DNA of 64,000 nucleotides from Vicugna vicugna. Taxonomy: Eukaryota. Position numbers and translations under genes: made by a program. Below, one piece after another: positions 59,601 through 64,000 of the stretch (its first letter is position 1; each line of letters starts with the position of its first letter). The DNA lies in contig MU061045.1 in assembly GCA_013265495.1 (NCBI GenBank), forward strand, positions 372,001 to 436,000, given 5' to 3'. The notes below the pieces were generated by a model, which saw nothing but the letters and a program-made list of their open reading frames with translations, ran no database searches and was not told where the DNA came from.

Positions 59601-62454
59601 GGCTGAGGGAAGCTTGACTCCTTCGGGGCTGTCCCAGCCCCAACCCCCATGACACTGTCCCCTGTCTGCCCTCTCAGTGACGTGGTGTGTGTGGCCTGTG
59701 AAAAGAGGACGCTGTCCGTGTTCTCCGCTTGCGGTCGCCGCCTGCTCCCTCCCATCCTCCTGCCGTCCCCGATCTCCACTCTGCACTGCACCGGCTCCTA
59801 CGTCATGGCGCTCACTGCTGCGGCCACACTGTCTGTCTGGTGAGAGGCTCCAGGCAGGCAGGGGGGGCTCCGCAGGTCCCCCTCACTGCCGGGACACGCC
59901 TGGGGGTCTTAACACCAAGGAGGCCCAGAGTGCCTGGCCTTTGCTTGTGGGTGGCAGAAGTAGGGATGGGCGGCCTGCCCCACACTGTCCATACAGGCGC
60001 AAACCACATGAGGTCACAGGGCCTGATCGCGTGTGCCCACCTCAGAAATGGGATCTTAGGGCCCTGCTGCTCCTGAGTCAGTGTGGCTTTGGGGCCAAGC
60101 CCACAGCTCCGGGCTCTGCCCTGGACTCGCGCAGAGGCCTGGGGGTGTGGAAGCCACTTGTGGCCAGAGCCCCTCTTGGGGGAGGCCAGACAAGGACTGG
60201 CCCAGGGCCCATGCGGTGGGGTCTGAGCTCAAAGGCCTGCTCTGGTACACCCTCACCCTAGCCCTGTCTCCCTCCTAGGGATGTTCACAGGCAGGTGGTG
60301 GTGGTGAAGGAGGAGTCTCTGCACTCCATCTTGGCAGGTGAGCCGGGGGCAGGGCAGCCCAAGTCCAGATCTGGCGCAAAGGGCTCCGCTCAGCAAGGTG
60401 GAAGCCAGGCCCTGGGGCAGGCTTGGGAGGAGAGGGTGGCAGTGAGCTCAGCTGGCAGAGCGGAGCAGCGGCTCAGACACCCTCCTGCCCCCCATACGCG
60501 CGAGCTCTTGCCGGGGATGACGCCATGAAACCCACTCGCGGGTGTCTCCCCAGGGAGTGATATGACGGTGTCACAGATCTTGCTGACGCAGCACGGGATC
60601 CCTGTGATGAACCTGTCCGATGGGAAGGCCTACTGCTTCAATCCATCACTGTCTACGTGGTAAGCCTGCCGCCCTGGCCCTGCCCCATGGGGTGTCTGTC
60701 TCAACTGGAGCCCAGAGCAGCGAGCAGAGGCCCTTGCCTGGCCCCTCCTCCTGGGAGCTGGGCGCTGGAGTGGAGCGGCAGTGACAGCCCCGGGCCCTGT
60801 CTGCTGGAGGAGGCCAAGCTCAAACCCACCAGTACAGCCCACGCCCCTCCCCGCCGGCAGCTGGTCCCGCAGCCCCTTCACTTCAGACCCTGCATGGTGG
60901 GGGCCTTCCTTCCTTGCATGTTCTCCGGGTCCCTCTGTGTGGAATAGGCATCGGAAGGCTGTCATGGTTCTCGGTAGATGCTCCCAGCCCAGCCTCCTCG
61001 GCCATCAGCGGGTCAGCTTCACGGCAGTCCCACCAGCCCTGGGCAAGTTCTGTAGCTCAGGAGGAGCCAGGGGTAATGTCGCTCACCATGTCTGTGGTGA
61101 TCTGAGTGTCTGCACCGTGTTTCTGCTCATTTTGGAATGTGGGGCCCTTTTCTGTGTTTATGAAATTTCTACACGTCAGAGACCCTCACTCAGACCCAGA
61201 AGGGTGTACCTGTGGTCCTCCAGGCGCAAGCTTGTCCCTCTCCAGCCCTTTTCTGTTAAGAGCTGCCAGACAGAAGTTTATCCTCACACTAAGATCTCTT
61301 TCTTGGGCTAGGAAACTAAAAGTCCCCACTCCCTGCTCTTGCCAGCTGTAAAGTGCTGTGTATTACATGTGATTGGTATAATGGGAACAAGCTGGTTATT
61401 TAGAAAGGGGAATGCTGACTCTGCATCTCGGACGCTTGCACAAAGGCACCAGGCTGTCTGTAAACCACGTGAAGAATGTTTTCTCAACAGAGACGTGAGG
61501 GGCCAGAGAAAGTGTAGGTCTGATGGCTGGGCTGCCGGGGGAGCTCAGGGAAGAACATCCCCTCACACGGTCCCAGCCCCAGGACCCAAGCCTGGCCTGA
61601 GTGGTCGCGGCAGCAGCGTCGGTGCCCCGCATTGTCATTAGAGTCCTAATCAAGAATGCTGCCCTAGGGAGCCCTGAGGTGGGCACATGGGGGTGCTCAG
61701 CCTCCTCTGTTGGAACTCCTGGTTCTCTTGAGCTCTGTACTTTCTCTGCCCCACCCAGGAACCTGGTTTCCGACAAGCAGGACTCCCTGGCCCAGTGTGC
61801 AGACTTCAGGAGCAGCCTGCACCCCCAGGACGCTATGCTGTGCTCAGGACCCTTAGCCACAGTCCAGGGACGCGCCTCCACGTAGGTGACCCAAGCAAGG
61901 GGTACAGGTTGTGCACGCAGCCCCACCCAGGCCCACCTCAGACTGCCCATCTTCGGGGCCCAGTGGCCCTCTGCACGGGCACCCAGAGGCGCCAAGTGTC
62001 CGGCGCTGTCTAGGATGCTGGGCGCCAGCCTCACTTGGGGGCCCAGGTGGCAGTCTGTGGGTCTGCAGGTCCTCTGTCCTCATGTTAGGTGGCGTCTTGG
62101 GTGGGGGAGTGGGCTGCTAGCCTGTCCCCCCAGGGGCTAGAGGGGGAGCAGAGCGGCCAGGGGGCCCAGAGCTGGGGCTCCAGCTCAGTTGGGCCGGGGT
62201 GGAGTCTGATGCCTGCCCTGCTGCTGGCTTCCTGCTGGTGCCAGGTACGTGGTGGCAGCCATGTGACCTGTGCTCTGCTGTCCTCTGCAGTTCGGGGCGG
62301 CAGGCGGCCCGACTCTTCTCTGTGCCTCATGTGGTGCAGCAGGAGACCACCCTGGCCTACCTGGAGAGCCAGGTCGCCGCGGCGCTCACCCTGCAGTCCA
62401 GCCATGAGTACCGCCACTGGCTTCTGCTCTATGCACGGTACCTCGTGAACGAAG
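14636..62454 (+). CDS. HIRA: HIRA histone H3.3 chaperone; exons 1-2 and 5-23 visible, 3-4 probably in N gaps, 24-25 beyond the window
   Basis: Starts [25 protein letters not shown]. Shows WD40 repeats, the ASF1-binding B-domain ([20 protein letters not shown]), the KKKKGRPRK motif and the C-terminal Hira domain to LARYLVNE-like YARYLVNE. Exon phases are continuous from exon 5 to exon 23. Confidence 0.98.
17003..17214 (-). mobile_element. MER20 (hAT-Charlie) DNA transposon fossil with TIRs and 8-bp TSD
   Basis: Termini CAGGGTTTCTCA...TGAGAATCACTG; flanks CTCTAAGG (16995-17002) and TTCTAAGG (17215-17222); 212 nt; body resembles MER20. Confidence 0.85.
21922..22136 (-). mobile_element. L1 3' end fragment (laurasiatherian type)
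   Basis: T-rich tail followed by ATTGTATTAGTTTCAGGTATACAAC...TTTAAGATTTACTCTCTTAGCAAC. Confidence 0.7.
22711..22990 (-). mobile_element. L2 fragment
   Basis: AACAGCAGGTGTTTACTGAGCGCCAACTGTGTGCCCAG resembles a degenerate reverse-complemented L2 3' end. Confidence 0.55.
23665..24215 (-). mobile_element. L1MB-like 3' end fragment
   Basis: AAAATTTACCATCTTAACCA...GTGGAATCAT...CATTCATCCATC...TTGGGTTGCTTCCACCTCTTAGCT. The minus-strand ORF 23860-24066 ([12 protein letters not shown]...MNLED) resembles the L1 ORF2 C-terminus. Confidence 0.85.
26369..26431 (+). CDS. HIRA: HIRA exon 2
   Basis: ttccag acceptor, gtatgt donor; [20 protein letters not shown]; 63 nt. Confidence 0.97.
27678..27817. other. 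Assembly gap (140 N), probably hiding HIRA exon 3
   Basis: N run; the left flank is a polypyrimidine tract ending TTTCTGCTCC. Confidence 0.8.
27933..28064. other. Assembly gap (132 N)
   Basis: N run. Confidence 0.95.
28921..29101. other. Assembly gap (181 N), probably hiding HIRA exon 4
   Basis: N run; the left flank ends CTCTGCATCTTGCCAAATGGCA, one G short of a CAG acceptor. Confidence 0.8.
30228..30322 (+). CDS. HIRA: HIRA exon 5
   Basis: [31 protein letters not shown]; cag/gtgagt; 95 nt. Confidence 0.95.
31395..31930 (+). mobile_element. Ancient L1 ORF2 fragment
   Basis: Abrupt A-rich block with degenerate L1 ORF2 motifs (AATCTGAACA...ATTGAA; GCTATTACCCTG...CCAAAACC). Confidence 0.6.
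32696..33700 (-). mobile_element. L2 element
   Basis: ATTCATTTAACAAATAATTATTGAGTGCCTGGTATATTCCAGGTGCTG is the reverse-complemented L2 3' end, followed by a purine-rich L2-like body; right boundary approximate. Confidence 0.7.
35359..35454 (+). CDS. HIRA: HIRA exon 6
   Basis: [32 protein letters not shown]; 96 nt. Confidence 0.96.
36432..36592 (+). CDS. HIRA: HIRA exon 7
   Basis: [24 protein letters not shown]...TKPFDE; 161 nt. Confidence 0.96.
37946..38113 (+). CDS. HIRA: HIRA exon 8
   Basis: [16 protein letters not shown]...HRKAVTVV; 168 nt. Confidence 0.96.
39687..39800 (+). CDS. HIRA: HIRA exon 9
   Basis: [14 protein letters not shown]...[10 protein letters not shown]; 114 nt. Confidence 0.96.
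41348..41418 (+). CDS. HIRA: HIRA exon 10
   Basis: [24 protein letters not shown]; 71 nt. Confidence 0.96.
42027..42132 (+). CDS. HIRA: HIRA exon 11
   Basis: [35 protein letters not shown]; 106 nt. Confidence 0.96.
43787..43993 (+). CDS. HIRA: HIRA exon 12
   Basis: [15 protein letters not shown]...GESLEDIRK; 207 nt. Confidence 0.95.
44764..44849 (+). CDS. HIRA: HIRA exon 13 (B-domain, ASF1 binding)
   Basis: [28 protein letters not shown]; 86 nt. Confidence 0.96.
46115..48290 (+). mobile_element. Ancient L1 (L1M-type) ORF2 remnant in HIRA intron 13
   Basis: About 2.2 kb A-rich block with degenerate RT-region motifs (ATCTCATTTCCAAATGTCAGTACAAAATCCTGAATAAAATA) through C-terminal ORF2 motifs; no open frame; boundaries approximate. 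Confidence 0.75.
48782..48979 (+). CDS. HIRA: HIRA exon 14
   Basis: [21 protein letters not shown]...AVSKD; 198 nt. Confidence 0.95.
50139..50300 (+). CDS. HIRA: HIRA exon 15
   Basis: [33 protein letters not shown]...TAVE; 162 nt. Confidence 0.95.
52100..52931 (+). mobile_element. L1 ORF2 C-terminal segment
   Basis: ORF 52349-52564 ([30 protein letters not shown]...EMQIKT) is L1 ORF2p-like. Confidence 0.88.
52932..56043 (-). mobile_element. L1 segment from the 5' end to mid-ORF2, antisense to HIRA
   Basis: ORF 52796-53143 ([21 protein letters not shown]...EASITL) is L1 ORF2p-like. A T-rich body follows, and 55300-56043 resembles an old L1M 5' end (TCTCTGATGGATCCAAGA...GAGCTCTTTGCGTCTTAGAGCAGAAATCAG). 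The 5' end call is less certain. Confidence 0.75.
53320..53477 (-). mobile_element. Younger 5'-truncated L1 tail nested in the older L1
   Basis: Poly-T then AAAGTATACTTGATTTACAATATTGTGTTAGTTTCAGGTGTACAGCACAGTGATTCAG; flanked by CCCTTTTCATTTTCT (53305-53319) and CCCTTTCATTTCT (about 53480-53492) as an imperfect TSD. Confidence 0.75.
56135..56339 (+). CDS. HIRA: HIRA exon 16
   Basis: LKEQGLVKE...SSSDSDEK...[10 protein letters not shown]...LSVQ; 205 nt. Confidence 0.96.
56599..56703 (+). CDS. HIRA: HIRA exon 17
   Basis: [10 protein letters not shown]...PQRAFTLQ; 105 nt. Confidence 0.94.
58150..58298 (+). CDS. HIRA: HIRA exon 18
   Basis: [14 protein letters not shown]...[15 protein letters not shown]; 149 nt. 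Confidence 0.96.
59678..59839 (+). CDS. HIRA: HIRA exon 19
   Basis: [23 protein letters not shown]...ATLSV; 162 nt. Confidence 0.96.
60279..60337 (+). CDS. HIRA: HIRA exon 20
   Basis: [19 protein letters not shown]; 59 nt. Confidence 0.95.
60554..60659 (+). CDS. HIRA: HIRA exon 21
   Basis: [34 protein letters not shown]; 106 nt. Confidence 0.96.
61759..61881 (+). CDS. HIRA: HIRA exon 22
   Basis: [19 protein letters not shown]...VQGRAS; 123 nt. Confidence 0.95.
62291..62454 (+). CDS. HIRA: HIRA exon 23
   Basis: [25 protein letters not shown]...YARYLVNE; 164 nt. Confidence 0.96.
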
Positions 62455-64000
62455 GTGAGGTTCCCAGCGCCCCTCTACCCGCCCGGCGTGGCTCAGTCCC
62501 TGCCCCAGCACGACCCTCCTGAAGGCCCACGAGTCCAGCCGAGGTGCATGGCCCAGGTCTCTGTGCTCCCACCCCTGGTCTCCCACGGTCACCCCCAGGA
62601 GCCCTGGCCTCCCACCCCCGTCAGCAAAGTGGGCAGCTCAGCAAGCATCCAGCCCCACTGGGGCCAAGAGGGGTAGCCCATGAGGACAGGAGGCTTGGCG
62701 GCAGAAGGGGGTGGGAGAAGAGGGCACATGGAAACCCTCCCAGAAGGCACAGGCGTGAGCTCAGCTTGCGCCCGTCACCCCTGGCAGCATCAGTGGACGG
62801 TGCCTTCTGCCCACATCTGGGCCTGTGCCTCTCCCTCCTCTGAGCCCCTCCTGGCCTGGAAGGGTCAGCCTGTGTCTGGCATTGCACCGTGGCCCCCAGC
62901 CACGCTTTCCCTGCCGGGGCTCCTAGCCCCTGTGCCGCCTCCCGGTATCCCTCCCACCCGCACCCCCACCTCCTCTGCTGGTCAGCAGGAAGCAAGGTGT
63001 TGGAGGAGGTGGCCGTCCTGTTCTCGGGGGTGACCTGCGGCCTCTCATCCCCCTTTGAGGCCCACTTGGGGTCTGGCCTTACCAGCCGTCTTCCACTTGG
63101 GCTCGGCCTCCAGGGCCTCCCCAGCTCCCCTGTGTCTCCATGCAGCCTCTGGCCTGGGCACAGAGCAGGCCCCCCACAGCCTCTCCTGCCTTCAGGCTAT
63201 GCTGTCGACACCTTCCCTGTTTTACGGTTTAGAGAAAACAAATTAAGTATAGAAGAGCCAGAGAAAAACATGCCAAACTCCTAAGGGTGTAACTCCGAGA
63301 GCTCACGGGTCAGGTGGCCAGACCTCCTCCTCCACGGAGCCTAGGGATGAGTTTGGTGCAGACTCGGCCGCGTCCGGGCCTCCTCAGCTTTCCCGGGGAA
63401 ACCTTTTCTCCGCTTCCGCCGGTTTGCTTCACCCTGGGTGTCATCTGGACTGCACGATGTGGGGTCACCTCCACTGCTGGCTCCTCTTCCTCTTCACACG
63501 TCTACCCCAGGTCCATGCAGGGGTTCTCTTCCCCGCCATCCCTGGCATCCTCTGCCAGAGAAGGAGTTCTCAGGCTTGGAAGGGAGGCCCTGCTCTCGTC
63601 CCGAAGTCCTCAGGTCCATCTTCAACCGTCCTTCTCCACCCTCACCTTGGGGTGATTTATCCATCCTCTGGGCCTCAGCTACCCCAGTGCCAACAGACCC
63701 CAGGCTCTGCCCTGGTAGTGCCCGTAGCCCAAGCCCTCTTCTGGGTGCAAACTCCCCTCCCCCCACCACCTCTTCTCTGGGGGCTGCCCCCTCACCCTGC
63801 TCTTCCATTCCACCTCCTGCCAAGACGCCTTCTCCCAGACAGACCCTGCTGCCCTCCTCTCCTGCCACAGCGCCCTCACTGTCCATCCCCTGGGGCCTGT
63901 CCCCACTGCCACTCTTGCCTGCCCTTGCGCCACTTCCTGTGTGGTTGGGGAGCGGGGTGAGTGGTGAGAACCTGTCCTCTAGGCCTCGGCGCCCTAAACT

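Noticed and set aside
63190-63290. Possible HIRA exon 24 after TTCAG at about 63195
   Set aside because: The translation does not resemble the expected GFEYRLREICKDLLGP and hits stops; exon 24 is probably beyond the window.
1-64000. Hundreds of 60-270 aa ORFs in the six-frame track outside the listed exons
   Set aside because: Low-complexity Pro/Gly/Arg/Ala translations typical of GC-rich mammalian introns and CpG islands, many with non-ATG starts and no recognisable domains. Those with real homology are exon read-throughs or L1 ORF2 remnants.
1-64000. tRNA, rRNA, snoRNA, miRNA or CRISPR-like arrays
   Set aside because: No cloverleaf, box C/D or H/ACA structure, long pre-miRNA-like hairpin or spaced repeat array could be supported by eye. 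An Infernal/Rfam scan would be needed to exclude small RNAs.

Overview
GC-rich mammalian genomic DNA syntenic to the human 22q11.2 (DiGeorge) block. It carries four spliced genes, and every listed exon was checked for GT-AG boundaries and phase continuity. (1) The last five coding exons and 3' UTR of UFD1 (+, 475-5213). (2) Complete C22orf39 (+, 7112-8199, 105 aa). (3) Complete MRPL40 (-, 13832-11364, 206 aa). (4) HIRA (+, from 14636), with exons 1-2 and 5-23 visible; exons 3-4 probably lie in N gaps and exons 24-25 lie beyond the window. MRPL40 and HIRA share a bidirectional CpG-island promoter. Introns hold old L1, L2, MLT1 and MER20 fragments. I recognise no Alu, B1, Bov-tA, PRE-1 or Can-SINE; together with the L1 3' tails this suggests a non-primate laurasiatherian, possibly a cetartiodactyl such as a camelid (inference only). 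I found no convincing wholly new gene or system; almost all ORF-track entries are chance ORFs in GC-rich sequence. The best second-look items are regulatory or structural: a HIRA uORF whose stop overlaps the main start (ATGA), a recursive-splice-type CAG|GTAAG at HIRA exon 18 whose skipping gives an immediate stop, a twin CX9C motif in C22orf39 with an extra Cys, a possible C22orf39-to-HIRA read-through, and assembly gaps that appear to begin at the acceptors of the two missing HIRA exons. Human comparisons are from recalled protein sequences and need database confirmation.
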